Made by a program: the position numbers and the translations under genes
Part shown: piece after piece, positions 9,252-19,260 of the stretch
Layout: every line of letters starts with the position of its first letter
Position numbering within the stretch: position 1 is the stretch's first letter
Origin: Candidatus Aenigmatarchaeota archaeon
GTDB lineage: Archaea; Aenigmatarchaeota; Aenigmatarchaeia; CG10238-14; WAMV01
Reading direction: 5' to 3'
NCBI GenBank assembly: GCA_015522145.1
Contig: WAMV01000007.1
Coordinates: 1-64,000 of the forward strand
Length of the DNA stretch: 64,000 bases
The notes under the pieces: generated by a model
What the model saw: only the letters and a program-made list of their open reading frames with translations
What the model was told of the DNA's origin: nothing
Database searches by the model: none

Positions 9252-10091
9252 ATGGATAAAGAAGTTCTTACAGCTCAGAAACATGAGATAACAGAGCATG
9301 AAATTTATAAAACACTAGCTAAAAAAGATAAACTAAATAAAAAAATTCTCGAAGAAATAGCTAAAGAAGAATTAAAACACTATAAAGTCCTTAAAGGGAT
9401 AACTCAACAAGACGTTAAGCCAAAAAAGACAAAAGTTGTATTCTATGAGCTTTTATCTTTGTTTTTTGGAATAGCCTTTTCTCTAAAACTAATGGAAAAA
9501 CTTGAAAGAAAGTCTATCGAGAGATACAAAAAAATTACCAAAAAATACAAAGTTGCTAAGAAAATATTGAAAGATGAACTAAAACATGAGAAAAAGTTAT
9601 CAGAAAGGTTGAAAGATGAAAGGCTTGATTTCCTAGGCTCAATAGTTTTGGGTTTGAACGATGCTTTAGTTGAGTTAACAGGGGCTTTAGCAGGGCTTAC
9701 CTTTGCTTTAGAAAACACGTTAATCATAGCTGTAGCTGGTATAATAACTGGGTTTTCAGCGTCTCTTTCTATGGCTGCATCCCAATATCTAGCAAAAAAT
9801 GTTGAAAAGGAGAAAAGAGCGAGAAGAGCTGCATTGTATACTGGTCTAGCATATATAATTACTGTTATCTTACTTGTGCTTCCGTTCCTAATTTTAAAAG
9901 TAGCAGAAATAGCTTTGGCTATGACTGTTGTGATTGCAATAGTAATAATATCATTCTTTTCGTTTTTTGTTAGTGTTGTCCATGACAGACCTTTCAAAAA
10001 AGAGGTTGGTAGAATGCTTTTTATAAGTATGGGTGTTACTTTTTTAAGCTTTATACTTGGAATAACCATAAGAGCTTATTTAGGCATATAG
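9252..10091 (+). CDS. Ferritin/rubrerythrin-like domain plus VIT1/CCC1 metal transporter
   Basis: EELKH and DELKHE motifs, then IVLGLNDALVE and SMAASQY; ATG 9252. Confidence 0.88.
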   Translation: MDKEVLTAQKHEITEHEIYKTLAKKDKLNKKILEEIAKEELKHYKVLKGITQQDVKPKKTKVVFYELLSLFFGIAFSLKLMEKLERKSIERYKKITKKYKVAKKILKDELKHEKKLSERLKDERLDFLGSIVLGLNDALVELTGALAGLTFALENTLIIAVAGIITGFSASLSMAASQYLAKNVEKEKRARRAALYTGLAYIITVILLVLPFLILKVAEIALAMTVVIAIVIISFFSFFVSVVHDRPFKKEVGRMLFISMGVTFLSFILGITIRAYLGI

Positions 10092-10106
10092 AAATTAGTT
10101 GAGAGT

Positions 10107-11402
10107 ATGGTTAGCAAAGTTGTGTGGGAATGGTATGCTAGAGAAGAAGTGCTCGAAGCTTTGTTAAGTTTTTTTGAAAACAGAGAAGTTGTAGCAGTCT
10201 TTAAAGAAAGTTTTGGTAAGAGACCAAACACTTTCAGCTATCCTTCTGAAATTTTAAAAGAAGTGTCTCAGGGTGCTGTAGCATTCCATACTAGCGTTGA
10301 AAAATGGAAAAATCCTATGATGCTTAGACCAGAAATGCGCAGAGAAGAGATTGAAGAGTTAAGAATTGGGTGGGATTTAGTTTTTGACCCAGATGTTCAG
10401 GATTTTGAAATTGCAAAAATAACAACCAAGGCTATTGTAGAATTTCTTAAAAAACATAGAATAAGCGATTTTATAATTAAGTTTAGTGGTGGCAAAGGAT
10501 TCCATGTTATTATTCCGTTTGAAACATTTCCAGAAAGTATTGATTTTAAACCCATAGCCAAATGGTATCCTGAGCTTTTAGAAATAGTTATTAATTATTT
10601 TAAAAACTCTATGAAAGAAAGGTTGAGAGATGAGTTACTAGCTTTAGATACTCCATTTAATCTAGCAAAAAGAATAGGAAAGGGTATTACGGACATTTTG
10701 GATGAAGAGGGTATAGATCCATTTAAAATAGTTAACATAGATGTGTTCGGGTTCAGACATTTGATAAGAGCTCCCTATTCTTTACATGAAAAAACCTTGT
10801 TAGTAAGCGTGCCCATACAGTTAAAGAAATTGGATAAGTTTGAAAAGGAAGAAGCAAATCCTGAGTTAGTTAGCGTTCAGAAACTTAAATTCGAAAAATC
10901 TAATCAAGCAGAATTTTTGTTTATAGAGGCGATAGATTGGTGGGCTAAACAAGAACCACTAAGGGAAAAGGTTGCTAAAGAAATACCAAGGGTAAAGAAA
11001 AAAATTACAAAAATCCCACAAGAATTTTTTGATCCTTGTATAAAAAGGGTTTTAGATGGCCTTTCTGATGGCCGTAAAAGAGCTATTTTTGTTCTGGTCA
11101 CGTTCTTAAAGAATGTAGGATACTCAAATAAAGAAATAGAGGAAATGTTATATGAGTGGAATAAAAAGAATAATCCGCCTTTAAGAGAAAGCTACATAAG
11201 AACTCAGCTGAGATGGCACTTTAGGCAGAGCAGAAATTTACTGCCACCTAATCACGACCATCCTAATTTTTACAAATCTATGGGAGTACTCAGCCCAGAA
11301 TGCCAAAACTATAAAAATCCTCTTAGCTACACTTTTTCCAAATTCTTTGCTATGTTCCCTAAAAGAAGGAAGAGGAAAAAGGCTTTTAATTCTAAGCTTT
11401 AA
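10107..11402 (+). CDS. Fused PriS-PriL DNA primase
   Basis: WDLVFDPD, FSGGKGFHV, RAPYSLH (PriS) plus PCI...DGRKR...KNPLSY (PriL C-terminal domain). Confidence 0.9.
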   Translation: MVSKVVWEWYAREEVLEALLSFFENREVVAVFKESFGKRPNTFSYPSEILKEVSQGAVAFHTSVEKWKNPMMLRPEMRREEIEELRIGWDLVFDPDVQDFEIAKITTKAIVEFLKKHRISDFIIKFSGGKGFHVIIPFETFPESIDFKPIAKWYPELLEIVINYFKNSMKERLRDELLALDTPFNLAKRIGKGITDILDEEGIDPFKIVNIDVFGFRHLIRAPYSLHEKTLLVSVPIQLKKLDKFEKEEANPELVSVQKLKFEKSNQAEFLFIEAIDWWAKQEPLREKVAKEIPRVKKKITKIPQEFFDPCIKRVLDGLSDGRKRAIFVLVTFLKNVGYSNKEIEEMLYEWNKKNNPPLRESYIRTQLRWHFRQSRNLLPPNHDHPNFYKSMGVLSPECQNYKNPLSYTFSKFFAMFPKRRKRKKAFNSKL

Positions 11403-11411
11403 TGATATATC

Positions 11412-11921
11412 ATGGCAGATGTCATAACTTTTAGGTATATAAGGGAAATTCATCTGGAGGAAAAAAATTCTCAAAAACTAGCAAAGATTCCAGATAATTT
11501 TTATGAGTTGGTTAAAGATTACATAGAAAAGAAAGAACAAGAAGGAAATTTATCAGAAATTAAAAACGTTAAGATAATGGTTGAAGAAATTTTCAACAGA
11601 AGAGAAAGAAAAATAATAAATTTCGCGATAATATCTGCAAGAACCGGATTCGTACCAGAAAACATGACAGAGGAAGAAAAATTATTTTTTGAGAAATTAG
11701 TAGAAGTTATAAAAAATAGGAGAAGTTCTCTATTAGAAAAATTAACTCAAGATAAAAAAAGTGAGGATAATCTTGTGATTTTTAAGGAAGATGTGCCAAG
11801 CTTTATTGGAGCTGATGGTGAAGAGTATGGCCCATTCTCTAAAGGGGATATTGCCAAATTACCCAAAGAAAATGCAGAGTTACTAGTCAAACAGGGCTAT
11901 GCGGAATGGTTAGAGAAATGA
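11412..11921 (+). CDS. GINS subunit (Gins51-like)
   Basis: LAKIPDNFY, RRERKII, C-terminal B domain FIGADGEEYGPF; follows primase. Confidence 0.88.
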   Translation: MADVITFRYIREIHLEEKNSQKLAKIPDNFYELVKDYIEKKEQEGNLSEIKNVKIMVEEIFNRRERKIINFAIISARTGFVPENMTEEEKLFFEKLVEVIKNRRSSLLEKLTQDKKSEDNLVIFKEDVPSFIGADGEEYGPFSKGDIAKLPKENAELLVKQGYAEWLEK

Positions 11922-13193
11922 TTCCAGCTTTTCTTTAATATTTACCATAGCAACTTCTTCTTTTTCTCTAGTTTCCAAGTTTTGTATTATAACTTTATTT
12001 TTAGAAACTTCTTCCCTACCTATGATAATAGCATACTTAATACCTCTTTTTGACAAATCTCTTATACCATCTAAAATTGTTTCATAAGGTTCTGGAGACA
12101 TAAAAGTTGTAATGCCCATATTTCTTGCCAAATTTGCAACATTTAAAGCTTCTTTTACTGTTTCTTTAACATAAATCATTCCAAAATTAGCAATTGTCTT
12201 CTGATCTAGTTTGAAAATTTTTAGTTCTATACCCGCATCTATTATCCTTTCTACACCTAAGCTACCGCCAACTGCTGGTATTGATTGATTTATAAATAAA
12301 CCCATCAAATTGTCGTATCTGCCTCCGCCTGCAATACTACCTATGTTAATGTTGTTCAAGATAACTTCAAAAATTGTGGAAGTGTAGTAATCAAGGCCTC
12401 TAACCAGAGATATATCAAATTTTATTTTGTCACTGTACTGTGAAAATTCTATAATTTCCTGTAGATTTTTAATTGAATTCCCTATTTTTTTATTATCAAA
12501 GTTTGCTAAAGATTGTAAATCATTTCCTTCCTCCAAAATTCTGGAAATTTCCTGAACCTTATCTTTTTCCAATATTTTTGAGAGTTCTGACACAACTCCG
12601 TCCTTTCCTATTTTATCTAGCTTGTCTATAACTCTGAAAACAGGCAGGATTTTATTCTCTTCTATTTTCAGATAGTCTTGGAATAGGGCAAAAAGCAATT
12701 GTCTGTCATTAATTTTTACAGTAAAGTCAGAAAAGCCCAGATTCTCAAGAGTTTTAGCTATAACATCTATTATTTCAGAATCTGCTAAAAGAGAAGAACT
12801 TCCCACTATATCCACATCAGCTTGCCAAAATTCCCTGTACCTACCCTTTTGTGGGTCGTCATACCTATAGACTCTTCCTATCTGATATCTCTTAAATGGT
12901 AATTTTGGTGTGAATCTTGCTATGAATCTTGCTAGAGGAATTGTTAAATCATACCTTAGCCCAAATTCTTTATCGCTGTATGGAAGTTTAAAACGCCAAA
13001 TAAGCCTGTTTTCTGCCTCTTCTCCATACTTCCCAGACAAAATTTCCCATCTTTCTACGATTGGCGTCTCTATCGGTTCAAAACCAAAAGACTGAAATGT
13101 TTTTTCTATTATAGAAAATACTTTTTGTCTGAGTATTTGAACGTCTACATTAAAATCTCTCATACCTTTGGGGGGCAAAAAGCTTGAAGCCAT
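11910..13193 (-). CDS. hisS: Histidine-tRNA ligase
   Basis: PKGMRDF, LRYDLT, GRYREFWQ, RGLDYY, GGGRYD; start at ATG 13193. Confidence 0.97.
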   Translation of the reverse strand: MASSFLPPKGMRDFNVDVQILRQKVFSIIEKTFQSFGFEPIETPIVERWEILSGKYGEEAENRLIWRFKLPYSDKEFGLRYDLTIPLARFIARFTPKLPFKRYQIGRVYRYDDPQKGRYREFWQADVDIVGSSSLLADSEIIDVIAKTLENLGFSDFTVKINDRQLLFALFQDYLKIEENKILPVFRVIDKLDKIGKDGVVSELSKILEKDKVQEISRILEEGNDLQSLANFDNKKIGNSIKNLQEIIEFSQYSDKIKFDISLVRGLDYYTSTIFEVILNNINIGSIAGGGRYDNLMGLFINQSIPAVGGSLGVERIIDAGIELKIFKLDQKTIANFGMIYVKETVKEALNVANLARNMGITTFMSPEPYETILDGIRDLSKRGIKYAIIIGREEVSKNKVIIQNLETREKEEVAMVNIKEKLESFL

Positions 13194-13250
13194 AATTAAT
13201 GATGTGTTTTGGACCAATAAATTTAAAATATCGTAACAATATCTTAACTT

Positions 13251-13535
13251 ATGAAAATTCCAAAAGAAGTCAGAATTCATTGCCCGTACTGCAAAAAACA
13301 CACTGTACATACTGTAGAAACTGCAAAAAAAAGGCCCAGACGTACATTAGCCCAAGGTCAAAGAAGATTCTTAAGAAAAATGAAAGGTTATGGTAGCTTC
13401 CCGAAAGAAAACCCAAAGGGTAGGGAAAAACCAACTAAAAAAGTTGATTTGAGGTATAAGTGTAAAGAATGTGGAAAAATGCACACAAAAGGTAAAGGTT
13501 TTAGAATAAAAAGATTGGAGATTAAGAGAATATGA
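13251..13535 (+). CDS. rpl44e: Ribosomal protein eL42 (L44e)
   Basis: [25 protein letters not shown]. Confidence 0.96.
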   Translation: MKIPKEVRIHCPYCKKHTVHTVETAKKRPRRTLAQGQRRFLRKMKGYGSFPKENPKGREKPTKKVDLRYKCKECGKMHTKGKGFRIKRLEIKRI

Positions 13536-13702
13536 CGGGTAGGTTTATCAAAGTTCAGTGCAAAAATTGTAAAAGTACACAAATAGTTTTTGAAAAAGCT
13601 TCTACTATTGTTAAGTGTTTAAAGTGTAATGAAATTCTGGCAAGGCCTACTGGAGGAAAGGCCAAGATTTATGGTCGTATTGTGGGTATAGCTATAGAAT
13701 AG
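13532..13702 (+). CDS. rps27e: Ribosomal protein eS27 (56 aa, below ORF-track cutoff)
   Basis: [20 protein letters not shown]...[17 protein letters not shown]; conserved rpl44e-rps27e order. Confidence 0.95.
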   Translation: MTGRFIKVQCKNCKSTQIVFEKASTIVKCLKCNEILARPTGGKAKIYGRIVGIAIE

Positions 13703-13755
13703 CCTGAAGTTCTTTTAAAAGTGGAAAGTTTTAAAAAGGCTTCAAACATATATTT

Positions 13756-13777
13756 TTTTAGATTAATTAACCTAAAA
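13756..13777. promoter_or_regulatory. Candidate operator palindrome at the hsp20 promoter
   Basis: TTTTAG-A-TTAATTAA-C-CTAAAA just downstream of TATA TTTTAAAA (13729-13736). Confidence 0.45.
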
Positions 13778-13787
13778 GGGTGAGAAT

Positions 13788-14201
13788 ATGTTCATCTACG
13801 ACCCCTGGGAAGAGTTTGAAAGGTTCAGAAAATTCATGAAAAGATTCATGAAGGAATTAGAATCAGAATTTCCACACTACTCTAGCATTCCAGTGGAAAT
13901 CAAAGAGACTGACGAAGATATAATAGTAAGAGCAGAACTTCCAGGATTTAGCAAAGACGAAATTTCTGTTTACCTAACAGAACACACTCTAGAAATTTGG
14001 GCAGAACATAAAGAGAAAAAGGTTGAAAAAGAAGAAAGAATGATAAGAAGTGAAAGAAGGTATGGTGCAGTAAAGAGAGTAATAACGCTACCTATAGAAG
14101 TGGATCCAGAAACTGCAGAAGCTAAGCTAGAAAATGGCATACTAGAGATAAAAGCAAAGAAAAAGAAGGTCAGCAAAGGTAAGAAGCTTGACATAAGCTA
14201 G
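13788..14201 (+). CDS. Small heat-shock protein Hsp20
   Basis: AELPG, ERRYG, AKLENGILEI alpha-crystallin motifs. Confidence 0.95.
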   Translation: MFIYDPWEEFERFRKFMKRFMKELESEFPHYSSIPVEIKETDEDIIVRAELPGFSKDEISVYLTEHTLEIWAEHKEKKVEKEERMIRSERRYGAVKRVITLPIEVDPETAEAKLENGILEIKAKKKKVSKGKKLDIS

Positions 14202-14213
14202 CTTTTTTGTGTT

Positions 14214-15236
14214 TTATTTTTTATAACCTATTCCATTAACTTCCAACAAATTTCCGTCTAGTTTAATTTCTGCATTTGTAAGCATCTTAACTATTTTTAT
14301 GTTAGACTCAACATGATCCGTTATTTCATGTATTATAGCTTTAGATTTGCCTTCGGCTAAAGCAAAATAAGGTATTATCTGGTCTGCCATAAATTTGTCG
14401 AGAGTGGCTTTGGAATTAAGCACCTGAACAAAGTATTCTGCAGTTTCCTGGCCTATTTGGTACAATGTTTTATTTTTTTGCATGTAATTATCAGAGCCAA
14501 GTACTGTGTTTTCGAAGTTGGCATACAATAATAAAGATGAGCCTGGGGATAGAGTTTTGTAAGTTTTTTCTTCAACTTCTACACCTTCTATGCCATTATT
14601 GTTCAAGTAATCTAACACGCCTTTTGTTTGCTCTTTTAATTTGTTTATTGGCAAACTGCCTATGTTAGATATAAGCTTTATTTTTTCTAGTTTACCTCTT
14701 TCCAAAATTTCCAAATTTCTAAGTTTGTTTATAGGCTTAACAACAAGTCTTATTAGGCCACCTCCTCTTGGATAATAGCCTTGGTTAAAAACTTCTATAC
14801 TGGCTTTAACGTTCATAGCAGAAACTATTGGTAAAAAAACATGAGAAATGTACTCTATTGTTGGAGAGCCTAAACCAGCTGTACCCCCTCTTATCTCAAT
14901 CTCAACTTCTTCATTACCAAATATTAATAATGGCAACATTGTTTGCAGCAGCAATGGTATACTGCCAGCAGTACCTATATCTATTCTTTTACTTTCCACA
15001 GAAATTTCTCTCGGCTCAAACAAAACATCCATGGAACCAATTCTTAAACCAGAAACTTTTGCCTTTGTAAATTCAGCCATTACTTTTATGCCTGTAAAAT
15101 GTTGCGGCCTTAAGCCGGGGTTAGGCCTGTTCTTTCTTATGTTGTAAATCCTTATTTTTTTGCCTAGCAATGAAGCTAAAGCTATCGCTGTCCTTAAAAC
15201 TTGACCATAGCCAAATGATGCATCTATCTCTATCAT
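14214..15236 (-). CDS. rtcA: RNA 3'-terminal phosphate cyclase
   Basis: GQVLRTA, RPNPGLRPQH, GYYPRGGG, ADQII, TDHVESN. Confidence 0.93.
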   Translation of the reverse strand: MIEIDASFGYGQVLRTAIALASLLGKKIRIYNIRKNRPNPGLRPQHFTGIKVMAEFTKAKVSGLRIGSMDVLFEPREISVESKRIDIGTAGSIPLLLQTMLPLLIFGNEEVEIEIRGGTAGLGSPTIEYISHVFLPIVSAMNVKASIEVFNQGYYPRGGGLIRLVVKPINKLRNLEILERGKLEKIKLISNIGSLPINKLKEQTKGVLDYLNNNGIEGVEVEEKTYKTLSPGSSLLLYANFENTVLGSDNYMQKNKTLYQIGQETAEYFVQVLNSKATLDKFMADQIIPYFALAEGKSKAIIHEITDHVESNIKIVKMLTNAEIKLDGNLLEVNGIGYKK

Positions 15237-16393
15237 AATAATTTTTCTTCTAGTCTTATCAACTCATTAATCTTTACTATTCTCTCTCCAGCAAAACCAA
15301 ATTTAACATAATCACTAGCCAACCCAACAGCTATGTGAGCAACTATAGCATCATCTGTCTCTACAGATCTGTGCGAAACTATGGTTTTCATATTGTGTTT
15401 TTTGGCTTCCAATAAAAATTGTGCAGCATCGCTTACAGTGCCTATTTGATTTGGCTTAACTATGCATGCATTTGTTGCTTTCATTTCTATCCCATACTTA
15501 AGCCTTTTTAGGTTGGTTGTGTAGAGATCGTCGCCAACAACGAGTTTGCCAGTAAGGTTCTTAGTGAGTATAGAATGGCTTATAAAATCTTCTTGCTCAA
15601 AAGGATCTTCTATATAATGAATTCTAAACTTTTTTGCTAATTCCTGTATGTACTCTAGCTGCTCAATTTTACTCAGTTTTTTGTTACTATAAGAATAGAT
15701 TTTCTCATCTTCTTTCCAGATATTGCTTGCAGCTACGTCTAGGCCTATCAACATATCTTGTTCTTTTGCTATGCTGTCTAGAATTTCTAATATTGTCTCT
15801 TCATCCAGCTTTGTTACCCAACCAGACTCTAGATTCCTGGCAAAGCTAAATGTTGGGTCTTTTTTTCTGAATTCATCTGCTAACTTATAATAAATGTTAG
15901 AAACCGATTGTAGTGTTTTAACTATACTTTCTTGTTCTCTAGGGAGAACTAAAAATTCTTGAAAATTGGTTTGTCCTCTCCAGCCACCTGCCATGTTACA
16001 AACTGGTTTAGGTATTTTAGGCTTAACCTTGAATAAATCCGATAAATATTGATAAACTTCCAAACCTTCTTCACCAGCAAAAAAGTTTAAAAAAGCATAG
16101 GAAATTGCTAAGCTTAGATTGCTTCCTATAAAGCTAAAATCTTCTGTTCCATCTATAATCTTGAGTGTATCATCTACGTCGCTGATATCCTCAAACTTTT
16201 GATTTTTAAAGTGTCTCTTGATTATGTGGAATTTGTTTATCACTCTCTCTAATTCGAGAATTTTTGCTTCATGTTTTCCTCTGCTAGTGCCTATGGGAGC
16301 AATACCTTTATACTTTCCATTAATCTCTACCTCTAATCCAAACTTTCCGTTAGTTAGCAAAACCTTTCTTATTTCAATACTCTCTACTTTCAT
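15233..16393 (-). CDS. eno: Enolase
   Basis: GLDVAAS, IEDPF, VGDDL, KPNQIGT, SHRSVET. Confidence 0.93.
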   Translation of the reverse strand: MKVESIEIRKVLLTNGKFGLEVEINGKYKGIAPIGTSRGKHEAKILELERVINKFHIIKRHFKNQKFEDISDVDDTLKIIDGTEDFSFIGSNLSLAISYAFLNFFAGEEGLEVYQYLSDLFKVKPKIPKPVCNMAGGWRGQTNFQEFLVLPREQESIVKTLQSVSNIYYKLADEFRKKDPTFSFARNLESGWVTKLDEETILEILDSIAKEQDMLIGLDVAASNIWKEDEKIYSYSNKKLSKIEQLEYIQELAKKFRIHYIEDPFEQEDFISHSILTKNLTGKLVVGDDLYTTNLKRLKYGIEMKATNACIVKPNQIGTVSDAAQFLLEAKKHNMKTIVSHRSVETDDAIVAHIAVGLASDYVKFGFAGERIVKINELIRLEEKLL

Positions 16394-17571
16394 AATTTCA
16401 CATCAGGATACACAAGCTTCCAAAACTTCTTTCCAGATATGTTTTGATATTTGGTTTTTTGAGCGTTTTTTTCATGGAAATTTTTAACACCCTTTATTTT
16501 TTTCTTTGGATTGTATATCATGAATGGAACTGGGCCATGCATATGCTTTCCTGTTATACTTGATGTTATGTGATCTCCTGTTATGACAATCTTTCCGTTG
16601 AAATTTTCTAATGTTTGGAGGTATTTGTCAAGTGTTTCGAAGAATTTAATTTTCTGTTTACGTTTTTTATCATGACCTAATTCATCACATTTCTTGAGGT
16701 GAACTACTACCAGCTCGTTATCTATCATGACTTCTTCTAAAGCCTCAAAACTATTAGCTATGTATTTTTCTATGTTGTCCTCATGTTTTAACTCATAGAT
16801 TTTGAAGCCAGCTAACAGAAAAACAGCTTTCACAACACCCCTTTCAGCTATACTCACAGCATTTTTTATTTTCAGTCTCCTTAAAAATCTCGGAAAAGCA
16901 AATATTTTGTTACCAGGATCTCTCATGAGTAAATAGTTAGCAGGCAACATTCCAAGATCCCTTCTTTCCTTATTGATTGGATGTTTCGCTAATATTTGCT
17001 TTGCCTGCTCTAAAAAATCGTTTAGTAGTTTTGCTGTATGTAAGGCTTCTTTTTTTAGAGCGCTTATCCTCACAGGCGGCCTGCCTTCTTCCAGAGGATC
17101 ATTACATCTAACCTCATCATTTAAATTCATTCTTATAACTAAAACTGCTCTGTGTTGAGAAGTATGAAAGAAGTCAAATGGGGCTTTAATCTTAACTTTT
17201 CTGTTTATGTCTTCGGCCATTTCTTTTAATCCATAATCGTCTCTACCAGCTCGACGGTCAACTATTACTCCGTTTTCTATAGTAGCAAAATTACACCTTA
17301 CTGCTAGGTGCCCTTCTTTTAAATTATAATCTGATCCTATAGCTTCCAGCACCCCCCGCTTTAAATTTTTTCTTCTGACATCATAACCCAAAAGAGAAAT
17401 TGTAGCGTAATGAGACCATACTGGAATTTTTTCGGGCAACAGTTGTAAAGTGCCTACTAAACTTTTAGATGCCAACTTATCCCAAAAGGGTTTATTAGCT
17501 AGCTCAAGGGGTGTTTCTCCCTCATCAGCCAGACCATCTATGTAGAAAATTATTGTTTTTAATTTTCTCAT
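16390..17571 (-). CDS. apgM: Cofactor-independent phosphoglycerate mutase (archaeal type)
   Basis: DGLAD, TPLELA, RCNFAT, DRRAG, DELGHD, TGDH, PVP. Confidence 0.88.
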   Translation of the reverse strand: MRKLKTIIFYIDGLADEGETPLELANKPFWDKLASKSLVGTLQLLPEKIPVWSHYATISLLGYDVRRKNLKRGVLEAIGSDYNLKEGHLAVRCNFATIENGVIVDRRAGRDDYGLKEMAEDINRKVKIKAPFDFFHTSQHRAVLVIRMNLNDEVRCNDPLEEGRPPVRISALKKEALHTAKLLNDFLEQAKQILAKHPINKERRDLGMLPANYLLMRDPGNKIFAFPRFLRRLKIKNAVSIAERGVVKAVFLLAGFKIYELKHEDNIEKYIANSFEALEEVMIDNELVVVHLKKCDELGHDKKRKQKIKFFETLDKYLQTLENFNGKIVITGDHITSSITGKHMHGPVPFMIYNPKKKIKGVKNFHEKNAQKTKYQNISGKKFWKLVYPDVKL

Positions 17572-17591
17572 AAAGAATTTTTTGTGTCAGA

Positions 17592-17867
17592 CTAAATAAA
17601 ACCCATGTCTTTTAGAATGGATAAACTGTAATCTTTTAGTTTTTTAGATATTGCAAGCTTAGCTTTGATTATAGCCTTCTTAGCTTCAGGATTGTTTTTA
17701 GCAAACTCTTCCATTGCTTTAATAAAAGCGAACCCAGTCAACACCTCTCCCCAGAAAAATGCTTTTTGCATGGCTTTTATTCTTTTTTCTTCTTTAGTTT
17801 CGTTCAAAGCTCTAAGTTTCCACTTTTTATAATAATGATATGCAATCTTGAAATGTGTTCCATTCAT
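17592..17867 (-). CDS. Hypothetical helical protein
   Basis: ORF within the minus-strand run; ATG 17867 preceded by AGGTG. Confidence 0.6.
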   Translation of the reverse strand: MNGTHFKIAYHYYKKWKLRALNETKEEKRIKAMQKAFFWGEVLTGFAFIKAMEEFAKNNPEAKKAIIKAKLAISKKLKDYSLSILKDMGFI

Positions 17868-17937
17868 TATTAACCACCTAATAGTGGTTATAGTAAGAAC
17901 TAGTATATAAAGCTTTCGTTTTGTCACTACCTATTAG

Positions 17938-19200
17938 TTATAACTTAAATGTTCTGTTGTTGGCTATGGGCGCAACAGCATCAAATCCCATCTCTTCCTT
18001 AAGCTCTGCAGCAAACTCTTGGGTATGATCGCCATGAACGCAAAAAATCTTTTCTGGATTAACATCTTTAATAAATTGCAAAAGCTCATCTCTACCAGAA
18101 TGAGCTGAGAAGTCAAATCTAAAGACTTTCATATCAAGCTCCAAATCCACATCTTCTGTTACATATCTTCCAGTCTCTAACAAAACTCTGCCAGGGGTTC
18201 CTTCAACCTGATAACCTGTAAGTATTAAGCTCGATTTCTCATCTTTGTAAAGTTTTCTTATGTAAAAATCTATAGGACCTCCGTGAAGCATACCGCTGGT
18301 TGTTAAAATAATACATGGTTGTTTTATTATTTTTTTCCTTTGAGTTTTGTTGTTAACATACTCTACATTTTCTAGCGCATTTTCTAAAGATTTTGGATTT
18401 CTTAGCAATTTGTTGTGCCTATTTATTATTGTTGTTGCTTTTTTGGCCATTCCATCCATGTATATTGGGAAATTGACCTTATACTTTCTAAGTATTAAAA
18501 GCACCTCCTGCAATCTACCTACTGCAAAACCACTGACTAAAGCAACACCATCTTCATAAATAGTTTCCTTGATAACTCTAACAAACTCCTTTTCCTGCTC
18601 CTCCCTGTTTGGATGGTTCCTATCGCTATAAGTACTTTCAGTTATTAACACATCTACCTCAGGCAAATCTTTTTCACATCCCTTAAGGAGTCTTGTATCT
18701 ATAGCGTTAAAATCTCCCGTATATAAAATGTTTTTTTCACTCTCAACATATACCATAGCAGAACCGGGAATATGACCTGCATCGAAAAAAGTTATTGTAG
18801 ATTTGCCTATCCTAATAGGTTTTTTATAATCCAGGTGAACGAAGTTTCTTATGGTTTGGTCTACATCATCCTTATTAAACGGTAAAGGAAAGCCTTCTTC
18901 GTTAGAGATTTTTATTGAGTCGTTAAGTAATAACTCTGTTAACTCTTTGGTAACCTCTTGGGCATAAATAGGTACATTATCTCCTCTAGCCACAAAAATT
19001 GGAAGTCCTCCAGAATGATCAAGATGGGCATGGGTAAGAAATATAGCATCGACATTGCCTTTAATTGGTATGGGAAAAATTGGTGGCACCTCTCGAGGTT
19101 TGGTTCCATAATCGAAAACAATTTTCTCACTACCAGTATCTAAAAGTATAGCACTTGCTCCTACGCTAGCCATCCCACCATGAAAGCTTAGTTCAATCAT
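17938..19200 (-). CDS. MBL/beta-CASP ribonuclease (aCPSF2-like)
   Basis: THAHLDHSG, AGHIPGS, ESTY, GYQVEGTPG, FSAH, VHGD. Confidence 0.93.
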   Translation of the reverse strand: MIELSFHGGMASVGASAILLDTGSEKIVFDYGTKPREVPPIFPIPIKGNVDAIFLTHAHLDHSGGLPIFVARGDNVPIYAQEVTKELTELLLNDSIKISNEEGFPLPFNKDDVDQTIRNFVHLDYKKPIRIGKSTITFFDAGHIPGSAMVYVESEKNILYTGDFNAIDTRLLKGCEKDLPEVDVLITESTYSDRNHPNREEQEKEFVRVIKETIYEDGVALVSGFAVGRLQEVLLILRKYKVNFPIYMDGMAKKATTIINRHNKLLRNPKSLENALENVEYVNNKTQRKKIIKQPCIILTTSGMLHGGPIDFYIRKLYKDEKSSLILTGYQVEGTPGRVLLETGRYVTEDVDLELDMKVFRFDFSAHSGRDELLQFIKDVNPEKIFCVHGDHTQEFAAELKEEMGFDAVAPIANNRTFKL

Positions 19201-19260
19201 TAAAATTTGTTATGGTAGTTAGGTTATTATTATTAACTTTCCTTTCCAATTGTTTTTTAT

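Noticed and set aside
9443..10069. Long antisense ORFs (also 57400-57933, 29146-29628 and others)
   Set aside because: Shadow frames opposite well-supported genes
13194..13310. N-terminal extension of hisS in the ORF track
   Set aside because: Overlaps rpl44e and the divergent promoter; homology starts at ATG 13193
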